From Ammoniphilus sp. (GTDB taxonomy: Bacteria; Bacillota; Bacilli; Aneurinibacillales; RAOX-1): a stretch of 36,954 nt of DNA. The stretch lies in contig JBEQAI010000001.1 of assembly GCA_041640415.1 (NCBI GenBank), positions 1 to 36,954 on the forward strand, read 5' to 3'. The notes beneath the pieces were generated by a model. That model did not search any database. It saw only the letters and a program-made list of their open reading frames with translations, and was not told where the DNA came from. The position numbers and the translations under genes were made by a program. Of this stretch, positions 1 to 10,047 are shown piece by piece; position 1 is the first letter of the stretch; each line of letters starts with the position of its first letter.

Positions 1-371
1 ATTTTCGCTTTGCTATCACCTACATAAACCTCTTCGATAGAATTATCGGAAATTGGACCAGAATATATGTTTTTGGTTGATACAGACCACTGATGTGGCG
101 TATCCCACTCCGCTCCTCGGCCATCGGAAATTGTCCATTTATCTCCTACCTTTTGAAAGTATGAAGACCAGATTTGTTTTCCATTTTTTATAGTATAAAT
201 AACAATTGCATCGTCTTGATGAATTACATCTTCCTCCTTGTAAATAAGCGAATAATTCCCTTTACCTTCTGACTTTTTCATTATGAAGTGAAAAAAATCT
301 TCGAGGGATTCTTCTTTCGAACAGGCAATTAAGAATACTAGACATAGCAAAAAAAATAATCTTTTAAACAA
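1..371 (-). CDS. Putative lipoprotein, partial (runs off left edge)
   Basis: Not in ORF track. RBS AGGAGGGG then TTG at 371: MFKRLFFLLCLVFLIA-CSKEESLEDFFHFIMKK..., a signal peptide with an LIAC lipobox; no stop seen before the window edge. Confidence 0.7.
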   Translation of the reverse strand, partial: MFKRLFFLLCLVFLIACSKEESLEDFFHFIMKKSEGKGNYSLIYKEEDVIHQDDAIVIYTIKNGKQIWSSYFQKVGDKWTISDGRGAEWDTPHQWSVSTKNIYSGPISDNSIEEVYVGDSKAK

Positions 372-566
372 ATTTACCCCTCCTGTTTAAACTGTCTTTC
401 GTTGTGACTTCCCAAAGGATATTCTTAATTGCAACAAAAAGCAGGGGATGGTGGTCGATTCCGTTCCCCCGCTATAGAATACTGTTAGAATAATTAATAG
501 AATGCCTAGAAAGCATCCCTTTGTTACGCTAACGAATCTGTTTAGGTAAACTTAATTAATGCAATA

Positions 567-725
567 CTACTTATCTTTACTAAGGTCAGACAATTTACTT
601 GATATTTCTCTTAATAAATGTATTTCTTCTTCCTGCTTTGATATTATCTTATTTGCGTTCTTTTCTATTGACATCGCCAACAAAACCACGGCACCCAAAA
701 TTATTAGTAAAGAGCCAAAACCCAT
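567..725 (-). CDS. Small single-TM hypothetical protein (52 aa)
   Basis: RBS GAGGTGA before ATG at 725. MGFGSLLIILGAVVLLAMSIEK... is a hydrophobic helix followed by a charged tail. Confidence 0.6.
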   Translation of the reverse strand: MGFGSLLIILGAVVLLAMSIEKNANKIISKQEEEIHLLREISSKLSDLSKDK

Positions 726-1096
726 TAAATCACCTCTACCAAATTGTACCACAACCAAAATTCAAAAACCTACTGTTACCTGTTAAAAATAGGAACTGGC
801 GCACAGTTATTTATCAAGTATACACCCGTTTGTTGAATTTCAAGCTTGCTAAAACCTAATTTTCTTTTTCGGTTGAAAGGCTGGCTTACCCGTTAACTTA
901 GCAACTTTTTTTCCTTTCTTAAATCTCACTTGATTAAAAGGAACCCAATAATGATATTTATTCTTCCTGTCGTACAACCATTTCTCAAAACCGATTTGTA
1001 GTTTATGTATATTTCTACCTACCTTTGTGTGACAGCGAATAAAAGGGGGAAATCCCCCTTAAAGGGAAATCCCTGAAGTTAGCTATCCTATCACAA

Positions 1097-3166
1097 TTAT
1101 TCCAGATGTTTTCGCATATAAATCATAGACTTAAATAGATCTCCATCCACTTGAATGTAGAATCTCCCCTTTTGGATCTCAATGAGACTTTTCGCGATAG
1201 ATAGCCCTAACCCGCTGCCTTCGCTTGATCTGGCTTCATCCCCTCTTGTAAAACGTTCCATTAAATCTTCTGCGGAGATATTTAGTTCATAGGCTGAGAT
1301 GTTTTTAAAGGTAAGCAGGATTTCATCCCCTGCATCTTCAATATCGATATACACTCTTGAGCCTTTGAGTGTATATTTGAAGATATTGGACAAGAGGTTT
1401 TCGATTGACCTCCACAACAGCTTTCCATCGGCGGTAACATACACCTTTTCCTTAGGATGATTAAACTTCACTTCTAAATCTAAGGACTCAATTTTTTCAT
1501 TGACTTCACCGAGCCCCTGGGAAATTAAAGATACGATGTTGATTCGCTCAAACTGAACGGGAATATTTCCGCTGGAAGCCTTGGCTGCTTCAAATAAATC
1601 ATCGGTGAGAACTTTAAGTCTTTTCGATTTTTGATCCAGCACTTCGATATATTCTTCTACCTTGGAAGGGTCCTTTTCTTTTTTCAATAGATCTACATAG
1701 GTAATTATAGAAGTTAAAGGTGTTCGGATATCATGGGACACATTGGTAATGAGCTCCGTTTTTAATCGTTCGCTTTTCAGTTCATTATCCACGGCTTTCT
1801 TTAACCCATCGGTGATGCCGTTGATATTCGCTGCCAGTCTTGAAAACTCCCCTTTACTTCCCACGTCAATGCGATGATGGAGATCCCCATCCTTAATTTT
1901 CTCTACCCCTTCTTGGATTACCTGGAAGGACTTGACCTTCTTCAAGGCAAACCAAGCGGCGATACCGAGGGTTACGGGAAACATAAAAAACGTTAAGGCA
2001 ACGATAAGGGGATAACCGATTACGATAAGTACCGTCTTGATGCCAACACTTCCGCTGTCATATATATTTCTAACAAATTTATATATCGTATAGAGAATGC
2101 GGAAGACTAAGCTATGCTTTATGAGCGTTCCATTCTTCCAATGCCTCACGAGGGATAGCACTAGCATCAATCCGACAGTGGCAAAGGTAATCGTGATTGG
2201 AATGACCATGAACATCATCTCAGTATCATTCAAATCATCTAGCAGGGCCGCCCAAAATGCTAAAAGAATGACGCATAGACCTAGCTTCACATCCGTAAAT
2301 AATTTATCTAAGGGATTCAAGCTTACCTCTTGATCCTTAAAAGATGTTCTCCCCATAACGATCACCAAATAGAGAAAGGAGAGGATACCTGCTGTTAAAA
2401 ATCCGAGTAATCTATAGAAGCTCTGGGTAGCCACTGCTTTATTTTCCTGCCACTCTTTCAGGTTTTGATCGAGAAACTCTTGTGTAAAAGCGATATAAAC
2501 AACCATGCTTTTCGGATCCAATGATTGGATTGGTTCTGTGATTTGTTTATATAGGTATTGATTTTCCTTTACTTCCTTAGGGTAGAGCTCGGTTTTATAC
2601 TCCCCAAACATCATATAGGAAGGATAGGTTCGAAACTGTTCCTTTTCCGTGTTCGGCGTGTTGGTAAATACATGGACACCATCACTGGCATAAAACAAGC
2701 GATTTTCATAATCGTTTAAGCTTTGCAGTAATCGATGAAAGGTCTTTAAATCATTCTGAATCAGCTGTTCCCTTGCTTTGGCCAACTGATTGGCATACAC
2801 TTCTTTAAACCTTTCGAAGTTTTCTTTTTCTGTTAAGTCGTAGCTATACTCTGGGGATTGGTATTGATACTCCGAAAACAGTTGTCTTTCTTCCCAGCTC
2901 CATTCCTCTTCACTGATCGTCCCGCCACTTGCTATATGTTCCTCATTCTTATACTCTCCGAGGAGTCTAGTCAGATCGTTTACGAGGCTTCGACTCTCCC
3001 GAATATAAGCCCTGCTATGAAAGTAGTTATCTTCAAAAATGATTCCAAAATCACCATCATTTGCATTTTCCACTTGCACAATTGAAGTAACCAGACCGGT
3101 AAAACAAAGGATCACCAGAACAAAAGCCAGTATTTTCGTTATGATCGCATGACTATAATTTTTCAA
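1097..3166 (-). CDS. Membrane sensor histidine kinase (HAMP-HisKA-HATPase, OmpR/BaeS-type partner)
   Basis: H-box NVSHDIRTPLT, N-box ENLLSNIFKY, G-box GSGLGLSIA, several TM segments. Likely TTG start at 3166 overlapping the end of the response regulator. Confidence 0.92.
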   Translation of the reverse strand: MKNYSHAIITKILAFVLVILCFTGLVTSIVQVENANDGDFGIIFEDNYFHSRAYIRESRSLVNDLTRLLGEYKNEEHIASGGTISEEEWSWEERQLFSEYQYQSPEYSYDLTEKENFERFKEVYANQLAKAREQLIQNDLKTFHRLLQSLNDYENRLFYASDGVHVFTNTPNTEKEQFRTYPSYMMFGEYKTELYPKEVKENQYLYKQITEPIQSLDPKSMVVYIAFTQEFLDQNLKEWQENKAVATQSFYRLLGFLTAGILSFLYLVIVMGRTSFKDQEVSLNPLDKLFTDVKLGLCVILLAFWAALLDDLNDTEMMFMVIPITITFATVGLMLVLSLVRHWKNGTLIKHSLVFRILYTIYKFVRNIYDSGSVGIKTVLIVIGYPLIVALTFFMFPVTLGIAAWFALKKVKSFQVIQEGVEKIKDGDLHHRIDVGSKGEFSRLAANINGITDGLKKAVDNELKSERLKTELITNVSHDIRTPLTSIITYVDLLKKEKDPSKVEEYIEVLDQKSKRLKVLTDDLFEAAKASSGNIPVQFERINIVSLISQGLGEVNEKIESLDLEVKFNHPKEKVYVTADGKLLWRSIENLLSNIFKYTLKGSRVYIDIEDAGDEILLTFKNISAYELNISAEDLMERFTRGDEARSSEGSGLGLSIAKSLIEIQKGRFYIQVDGDLFKSMIYMRKHLE

Positions 3167-3842
3167 CTTTATATCCCACTCCCCACACAACCTTCAAATA
3201 TTTTGGTTCTTTCGGATTGATTTCGATTTTTTCCCTGATTTTGCGGATATGAACCGTCACCGTATTTTCCGGACTAAAGGCCGTTTCATTCCAAACCTTC
3301 TCATAAATCTCCTCAATGGAAAAGACTTTACCCGCGTTGGCGGTCAGGAGCTTGAGTAACTTATATTGCACCGGGGTAAGATGAACCTCTTCCCCATCGA
3401 CGGTCACCGTTTTTCTTTCATCATCGATCATGAGTCCCCCTGTCTGGTATACATTACTTTTGGTTTCCAGACTCCCGAATGTGGTATACCTTCTCAGCTG
3501 GGATTTCACCCTGGCAATGAGCTCTAAGGGATTAAACGGCTTCGTAATATAGTCGTCGGCTCCTAAATTTAATCCTAAGATCTTATCCGAGTCCTCGGAT
3601 TTGGCTGAAAGCATAATCAACGGAATTTTTTTATCTTCTCTGATCTTGATCGTCGCGCTTATTCCATCCATCTTCGGCATCATGATATCCATAATAATCA
3701 GGTGAATCTCTTGCCTCTCAACAATGTCTATGGCCTCTAGACCGTTAAACGCTTTGAATATGGCATACCCTTGATTTTCTAAGTAAACCCCTAGAGCATC
3801 AACAATCGACTTATCATCATCACAAACCAAGATATTCATCAA
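3153..3842 (-). CDS. OmpR/PhoB-family response regulator
   Basis: Receiver motifs ILVCDDD, DIMMP and KPFNP; winged-helix end TVTVHIRKIREKIE..VVWGVGYK. Confidence 0.95.
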   Translation of the reverse strand: MMNILVCDDDKSIVDALGVYLENQGYAIFKAFNGLEAIDIVERQEIHLIIMDIMMPKMDGISATIKIREDKKIPLIMLSAKSEDSDKILGLNLGADDYITKPFNPLELIARVKSQLRRYTTFGSLETKSNVYQTGGLMIDDERKTVTVDGEEVHLTPVQYKLLKLLTANAGKVFSIEEIYEKVWNETAFSPENTVTVHIRKIREKIEINPKEPKYLKVVWGVGYKVEKL

Positions 3843-3903
3843 CCATTCACTCCTAAATCAGAATCGAGCATTTCATCTCTCCCCCTTATTTTGTTCTAAA
3901 ATC

Positions 3904-3958
3904 ATTCTACCTGCAAAATCTTAATAAACCCCTAACGCATTTCTTAAGATTTTCTTAG
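3904..3958 (-). promoter_or_regulatory. Promoter -10 (TAGAAT) with four tandem (C/T)TA(A/G)G repeats, likely OmpR-type autoregulatory site
   Basis: Plus-strand CTTAA/CCTAA/CTTAA/CTTAG at 3920, 3931, 3943 and 3954 (11-12 bp period) upstream of -10 at 3904-3909. Confidence 0.5.
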
Positions 3959-3972
3959 TTTCTTCAAAGAAA

Positions 3973-4000
3973 AAGCAACCTGTCATAAGACAAGTTGCTT
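3973..4000 (-). terminator. Intrinsic terminator downstream of yfiT-like gene
   Basis: AAGCAAC(c)TGTC..GACA(a)GTTGCTT inverted repeat followed by a T-run on the minus strand. Confidence 0.55.
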
Positions 4001-4097
4001 GTTGGAATCCTCCACGATGTGATAGCTTCCATCTACCGTAAAGCCTTGGAACTAATGCCCTAAAGTTGAAAGGACTACGCCAAAGTTAACTCTGGTT

Positions 4098-4616
4098 TTA
4101 CCACCCCATTCGATTACGCAGTGTGGTAATTTGCGCAATATGATGCCTTCCATGCCAGGCGTACAGTCCTATGTTCCAGGCTAATTGGATCTCGCCCGAT
4201 TCTGGGTGAAAAAAGGTCCGTTTTAGCTCAGCGGAACTCAAATGAGATAAAAGATGAACCCATCTTTGATGCAATGCTTCTAGCAATGACAGGGAGACCT
4301 CGATGGGCATGTGGGAATCGGGTAGCTCCGCCCATTTCTCCTCACGGTAGGGCTTAATTGTGGGTTGATGTTCAGTGAGGGCTAGTTTAAATCGAATGTA
4401 GCTATTCATGTGACTATCCGCAAGATGATGGACGACTTGGCGAATCGTCCATCCGCCGGAACGGTAAGGGGTATTTAGCTGCTGATCATGTAAGCCTTCC
4501 ACCACGTTTCTTAAGAGGGAAGGAGCAGCCTCGATTTCTTTTACCCATGTTTGAATTTGATCTGTTGTAATTTCTCCCTCGTGCTGAAATAGACCAACCG
4601 GATATCTGATGTCCAC
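4098..4616 (-). CDS. yfiT: YfiT/DinB-family bacillithiol S-transferase
   Basis: MDIRYPVG start, [24 protein letters not shown] metal-binding His motif; RBS AGGAGG. Confidence 0.88.
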   Translation of the reverse strand: MDIRYPVGLFQHEGEITTDQIQTWVKEIEAAPSLLRNVVEGLHDQQLNTPYRSGGWTIRQVVHHLADSHMNSYIRFKLALTEHQPTIKPYREEKWAELPDSHMPIEVSLSLLEALHQRWVHLLSHLSSAELKRTFFHPESGEIQLAWNIGLYAWHGRHHIAQITTLRNRMGW

Positions 4617-4946
4617 TATGATGACCTCCTTATACTCTTATCTTCCTATATCCCTTTATTCTCTCATAGGACCGGACGTCTTTCTATTTTCTTCATTTAC
4701 TACTTTATCGAGCACCCTAATAGTGTGAGATGGCAGAAAGAATTTAAGTTGGCGTGGAGACCCAAGAGCATATAAACCCCTATCTTAAATGACAGGGGTT
4801 TTCTTCTAAGATCATATTCTTTACAAACATCTAGCTTCAATCGTTTTTAATGGACTTTCTGCAATTCAACCTCGATCAGCATTATTGAAGTCGTATTCTG
4901 ACTCCAATAAACTTTTGTTCCTTAACTTTTGAGTTATCGCGTTAAC

Positions 4947-6335
4947 CTATCCGGCAAGAGGCAAAATAATTTCTACCGTAGTTCCGTGCCCGACTTCACT
5001 TTCAATCCGCATGTGTCCTTTATGGTTTTGGATAATACGCTGTGAAACCATAACGCCTAGTCCGGTTCCATTCTCTTTGGTCGTGAAGAAAGGGTTACCG
5101 ATTTTATCTAACTCATCTTTGGGAATTCCATACCCTTGGTCGATAAACCGAATGCATACCTTATCGTCTAGGCAATAGGTTTGAATTCGGACTTCGCCGC
5201 CTTTTGCCATGGATTCAATGGCATTCTTTAAGACATTAATGAATACCTGCTTAAGGTTGCCTAGGCTATGAATCAAAACGGTTGACAATTTGGCATCAAA
5301 CTCTTTTATGATTCGAACGTTACAGAGGTTTGCCTGCCCTTCTAATAATGTTACGACATGGTTTAATTTATTGTAGATGCTCCTTAACCCATAACTCTCT
5401 GTTGCAGGCTTTGCTAATACTAACAACTCACTGACAATTTCATTGATTCGATCGATCTCCGATAACATGACTTCATAACGCAGTTTCTTTTTATCCTCGG
5501 TGTCTTCGCCCTGATCAAGCTGAACAAAACCTCGAATGCTGGTCAGGGGATTTCTGATCTCATGGGCGATCCCAGCTGCCAACTCTCCAATCAAAGAAAG
5601 TTTTTCTGATTCCTTCGCTTTTTCTTCTCTTAATTTTTGTTCTGTTATATCAACGATTTGAAATATGAATATGTCATTCATATCAATGCCCTGTGGATCG
5701 CGTTCTACCGTGACATTCAAAAGACCCCATTTTAGGTCCCCGGACTTATGTATATACCTTTTTTCGATTTGATAATGATCTATTTCACCCAGAACCAATT
5801 TGCGCCATAACTTCATATCAGCTTCTAAATCTTCAGAATGGGTAATAGCTTGAACACCAAGTTTTTTTAACTCGGTCTCGCTATATCCTAACATATGGCA
5901 TAAAGAAGAATTAGCCTTAAAGGCACCATTTAAAGATAACATGACCATTCCAATGGGTGATTTTTCAAATACACGACCAAGAAGGTGCTGGTCCTTCAAC
6001 CGGGATACCTTGATTTCATGGAATTGCCTTGATACGATCGCTGCGCTAAATGTAACCGCCAAATAAATGAGTAAACGGGTAAAAACAGCAAGAGGATGAA
6101 TATGAAGTTCTTCATGGAATACCATTCGAATAAATACCACAAAACTACAGGAAAGAAATAAAAATAAGGTCGATTTATTAGAAAAACCAAGACCTAAAAA
6201 TAATACAGTAAGAACAAAGAGTGAGTTAAAATCGTTAAACCACTTGGTTAGAGGGGGAACGATAATTAAATGCACATAAAAAAGGCAGCGAAAAAGGGTA
6301 TGGTTGTCCATTGAAATATTCATGTTGAATCGCAT
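4947..6335 (-). CDS. Orphan PAS-domain histidine kinase (sporulation-kinase/NtrB-like C-terminus)
   Basis: N-terminal TMs, PAS/PAC (YQIEKRYIHKSG..DITEQK), GELAAGIAHEIRNPLT, FFTTKENGTGLG; no adjacent response regulator. Confidence 0.88.
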   Translation of the reverse strand: MRFNMNISMDNHTLFRCLFYVHLIIVPPLTKWFNDFNSLFVLTVLFLGLGFSNKSTLFLFLSCSFVVFIRMVFHEELHIHPLAVFTRLLIYLAVTFSAAIVSRQFHEIKVSRLKDQHLLGRVFEKSPIGMVMLSLNGAFKANSSLCHMLGYSETELKKLGVQAITHSEDLEADMKLWRKLVLGEIDHYQIEKRYIHKSGDLKWGLLNVTVERDPQGIDMNDIFIFQIVDITEQKLREEKAKESEKLSLIGELAAGIAHEIRNPLTSIRGFVQLDQGEDTEDKKKLRYEVMLSEIDRINEIVSELLVLAKPATESYGLRSIYNKLNHVVTLLEGQANLCNVRIIKEFDAKLSTVLIHSLGNLKQVFINVLKNAIESMAKGGEVRIQTYCLDDKVCIRFIDQGYGIPKDELDKIGNPFFTTKENGTGLGVMVSQRIIQNHKGHMRIESEVGHGTTVEIILPLAG

Positions 6336-6567
6336 GGTTGTCTCCTTCTAAAAATGTATTAGAGCAGAGCCGCTATAAGTATACACCGGTACTAAAACAC
6401 CATATAAGATTATACATTCCATACACCTAGTGACAAGAAAAAATTATTAAAAAAAATAAAAAAAATTAAAAACGCATCATTATTGAACATCACATCCAAC
6501 TGCACTTAGACTTCAGCTCGACAAAAAAAAGCAATATTTAATGCAAACTTTCCCAGCCTACAGCCTA

Positions 6568-7013
6568 CCGTTCGTGCCCTAAAATGGGCGCATCGCACGG
6601 ATGAGGGAGCTAGCACGCGGTTTGTGCCCTGAAACGCGCGGATCGCTCGGATGAGGTACAGTATGCACGCGATTCGTGCCCTGAACCATGCGGATCCCTC
6701 CGATGAGGTACTGCAAGACCGCGGTTCGTGCCCTGAAACGGGCGGATCGCTCGGATGAGGTACCGCAAGACCGCGGTTCGGGACCTGAAACGCGCGGATC
6801 GCTCGGATGAGGTACCGCAAGACCGCGGTTCGGGACCTGAACCGGGCGGATCGCTCGATTGAGGTACCGCAAGCCCCGCGGTTCGTGCCCTGAATCGAGC
6901 GGATCCCTCCGATGAGGTACCGCAAGACCGCGATTCGTCCCCTGAACCGAGAGGATCGCTCGATTGAGGTACCGCAAGCCCCGCGGTTCGGGACCTGAAT
7001 CTCGCGGATCGCT
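6568..7013. repeat. Intergenic tandem repeat, ~8.6 copies of a 52-bp unit
   Basis: Units start at 6568, 6617, 6669, 6721, 6773, 6825, 6878, 6930 and 6983 (partial). Unit GCGGTTCGTGCCCTGAAACGGGCGGATCGCTCGGATGAGGTACCGCAAGACC is 34/52 G+C. Confidence 0.95.
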
Positions 7014-7169
7014 AAATTGGAGCTCGAGCTTCGGTTCTTATTCTAATTCTTTTAATGTCACTAAAATGTGCAAACCTTCACATCGACAGGATCATTTTGA
7101 TTCTGTTATTCTTTCAGCATCTAATGATAAAAAGTTGGACTTTTACGATGAGACCGGAAAAGTGAAATG

Positions 7170-7207
7170 AAAACCCCTATCCAAGAGACGAGTTGGATAG
7201 GGGTTTT
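7170..7207. terminator. Bidirectional intrinsic terminator ending the TRAP operon
   Basis: AAAACCCCTATCCAA-N8-TTGGATAGGGGTTTT perfect inverted repeat. Confidence 0.85.
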
Positions 7208-7230
7208 GTTGTAACGCTTTAAAGTATGAT

Positions 7231-8328
7231 CTAGCTTCCCTTTTTTACCTTCTCTCCGAGGTCATGAATGTAGAGGAACGATTCATACACCTTCTCCTCG
7301 ATAATTGGAAAAGGAAGCTGATGAATGGTTTGCTCAGGAGCACAGGCCTTACTCGCCGCTTGTCGCAGATCTTCCTCCCGAATATCCTGAAGACCTAAAT
7401 CAAAGAGACTAATGGGCAGGTTTATCTTTTGATAGTAATGCATGAGCTGGATGATTTCTTCGTCCGACTTTTCTTCCAGTTTCAATTGACAGAGAAGTCC
7501 GTAAGCCACTAATTCTCCGTGAAAAGCCTCCTGCATTTCCGGTATGATGGTCATGCCATAATGAATCGCATGAGCCCCAGAAGCGGCGCAGGTGTCTCTG
7601 CCCAGTCCGCCTACGATTCCTCCCAGGAGAATATTCGCGTCGATAACTTGGCTTAGAGCTTCTCCGGTTTCATTCTGATTACATTCTAAAATCGCCGTCT
7701 CCCCATACTCGAGTAAAAGCTCTTTCACTAATTCTGCGATTTTTAGGCCAGCCTTCGTTTTGGCATTTTGTGCCCGCCCCTGATTAATCGGATACGCTTC
7801 ATACCATTTTACTAAGGTATCTCCAATCCCTGCACTTAAATACCTTGCGGGAGCATGTGCGATGATATCGGGATCGACCAGAACCGCGACGGGGCATTGA
7901 TCGAACTCCTCCATCCGAACAAACACATGTTCAGGGGTATAGATGATCGATAAAGCACTGGAAGCTGCACAAGTCGAGGCTAAGGTAGAAACCGTCATGA
8001 CAGGTAACCGCAAGCGGTTGGCGACGAGTTTAGCCATGTCCAAACATTGGCCTCCACCTACTCCGATGATGATGTCATGGGAAGGATCCACTTTACTCAG
8101 TACGCGATCAAGTTCTTGGTCGGAGCAATGTCCCTGAAACATTTCCAGCTGAAAATCGAGCCTATTCTCTTGTAAGCTTTGCTCTATCGCAGGACCAGCA
8201 ATGGACCACGCCGTCGGGCCAGCGAGAAGGAAAGGCTTAGTCCCAAATTTTTGAACCCAGCTGGCTGTATCAGAGAGAATACCTTGGTTTTGGATGTAAT
8301 TTGTCGGATAGCCTTTGGCAATGAACAT
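7231..8328 (-). CDS. Glycerol-dehydrogenase-like metal-dependent alcohol dehydrogenase
   Basis: GVGGGQCLDMAK, TLASTCAA, AGIGDTLVKWYE, AHAIHYG and FHGELVAYG. Start revised to ATG 8328 (RBS AGGGGG). Confidence 0.85.
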   Translation of the reverse strand: MFIAKGYPTNYIQNQGILSDTASWVQKFGTKPFLLAGPTAWSIAGPAIEQSLQENRLDFQLEMFQGHCSDQELDRVLSKVDPSHDIIIGVGGGQCLDMAKLVANRLRLPVMTVSTLASTCAASSALSIIYTPEHVFVRMEEFDQCPVAVLVDPDIIAHAPARYLSAGIGDTLVKWYEAYPINQGRAQNAKTKAGLKIAELVKELLLEYGETAILECNQNETGEALSQVIDANILLGGIVGGLGRDTCAASGAHAIHYGMTIIPEMQEAFHGELVAYGLLCQLKLEEKSDEEIIQLMHYYQKINLPISLFDLGLQDIREEDLRQAASKACAPEQTIHQLPFPIIEEKVYESFLYIHDLGEKVKKGS

Positions 8329-8394
8329 GTTAAACCCCCTGTAAAATTTAGTAAGATCCGGTGCCATTCGTGGCAACCGGATCTTTTCATGTTG

Positions 8395-10047
8395 CTAGTT
8401 CCCTAGCATGTACTGAATCACGGAGTTGGTCAGGTTTGGAACGATGTGGAAGGAATATTCCATCTCGACTCTCTCATACTTTTTATGGGCATCCCAGCCA
8501 TAAGGTCCGATATTAATAACGGGAACCTGCAAGGCACGGATATCGTCAAATTCAACCTTGAGCTTTTTCCCCCAACAGGGTGTGTTTTGGATCATGGCAT
8601 CAATGGCTTGTTCGTCGTCACTTAAGGCCACAAAGCTCATATCTGAAATATAAGGGAAGAAGTTGCGAATGACCATAGGATGTGGATAGTGCGGCTGGAT
8701 TTCTTCCAATGCCTGATCCAACCCCTCGATCAGCGCGCGTTCTTTTTCATTTTTTCCTGATAACTCAATCCTTGGAGAGTACAAGGAGGAGTAAAACAAA
8801 ATGATGGCTGGGCTGCGATCCTTCATCCACTTCCATGCTTCCTCTACTACCCGTGCTGAAAACATGCGGGTGTCTAGGCTGGGATCTTCTAGTAAACGTT
8901 CCTTTAATTCACGCATACTACTTGTATAAGCTTCTCCATAAAGTTCCTGATGCTGCTGATCCATCTCTTCATATGTAAGGACTCTTGGCTGCCAAGCCGG
9001 TTCCCGGTAGGCTTCGCCGCTTAGGCTGCAATAGGCTTGATAGTGACTTTTATAATCTTGTAAGGCTTGACTAAAGGCCAATTCTGCTTGCTGCTTTAAT
9101 TTTACTAGAACATCCTTGGGTGTCCAGGAATGGACAAAGAAGTTATAGTAGACGTAAGCCGATAAAGCCGTTTGTACCGTATAGCTAGGCTTTAAATCGG
9201 TTTGTTTTAAGGATACGGGTGGGACGGTCGTTTCCCCCAGCGCTTCATCACATAGTTCTGGATTATAGTTGATTTGCTTGGTTAGATAGGCGGCAATGAA
9301 ATTGGGATCTAACCCTTCAAAGCATGATCCGACATGGGTTTCCGCTCCGGTGATGAAAAAGGAAGGAAGCAGTTTCCCAACGGTTCCCCGGTAAATATAA
9401 CGGTTTTCGTCCCCCTCGTATCGGGGAGAGACAAAATCGGAGTTAATGGCGCCGACATAATCGAGTCCATATTCCTTCTTCCAGGCAATCAAGGTTTTGA
9501 GGGCGGAAAGAATGCCGTGGGAGCTATCTTCTTCATCACATTCGGATACCAATACTAAGTTGCCGGCTAACCGTTCAGGGTTCTCAGAATAATATTTTAA
9601 CAAATACATATGACTGGCAACCCCGCTCTTCATGTCAAGCGCTCCTCGCCCGTACATCCACTCCCCTGATTCTAAATGGTTGCGGATCAGGGGCGATACG
9701 TCTTCCTTCCTCATTTCTTCCCTTAAGGCATCTGGCCTGCAGGCGAGCGGTTGGAGCTGGTTATAATCTTCAATACCTACCGTGTCTAAGTGCCCCATCA
9801 GGATCAAGGTCCGAGGACTTCGTGCTTTGGTTCCTTCGACGCGTGCAATCACATTATAGCGAACCTGTTCATCATTCAAGGTTTGTTCGAGAACAAGCGA
9901 ATCGGGATTTTCCTTAAAATAGGCCCATTGTGATATCGTGTCATAAATATGCCGGGCCATGGCGGCCTCGCCTTCCGTATTGACGACGCTGCCCACCTCA
10001 ACTAACTGCTTCGTAATCGACAATACTTCTTCTTTACACGCTAACAT
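8395..10047 (-). CDS. rocB: RocB-like M20/M25/M40 metallo-amidohydrolase
   Basis: MGHLDTVG, YGRGALDMKSG, CDEEDSSHG, GTVGKLLP, FPYISDMS and IGPYGWDAHK are typical of the Bacillus arginine-utilisation protein RocB family. Confidence 0.8.
   Translation of the reverse strand: MLACKEEVLSITKQLVEVGSVVNTEGEAAMARHIYDTISQWAYFKENPDSLVLEQTLNDEQVRYNVIARVEGTKARSPRTLILMGHLDTVGIEDYNQLQPLACRPDALREEMRKEDVSPLIRNHLESGEWMYGRGALDMKSGVASHMYLLKYYSENPERLAGNLVLVSECDEEDSSHGILSALKTLIAWKKEYGLDYVGAINSDFVSPRYEGDENRYIYRGTVGKLLPSFFITGAETHVGSCFEGLDPNFIAAYLTKQINYNPELCDEALGETTVPPVSLKQTDLKPSYTVQTALSAYVYYNFFVHSWTPKDVLVKLKQQAELAFSQALQDYKSHYQAYCSLSGEAYREPAWQPRVLTYEEMDQQHQELYGEAYTSSMRELKERLLEDPSLDTRMFSARVVEEAWKWMKDRSPAIILFYSSLYSPRIELSGKNEKERALIEGLDQALEEIQPHYPHPMVIRNFFPYISDMSFVALSDDEQAIDAMIQNTPCWGKKLKVEFDDIRALQVPVINIGPYGWDAHKKYERVEMEYSFHIVPNLTNSVIQYMLGN

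Noticed and set aside
6568-7013. CRISPR array
   Set aside because: The units are contiguous near-identical repeats with no unique spacers, and there are no cas genes in the window.
6506-7170. ORFs 6506-6925, 6579-6977 and 6964-7170
   Set aside because: They are by-products of the GC-rich 52-bp repeat: the same peptides cycle through frames and there is no RBS.
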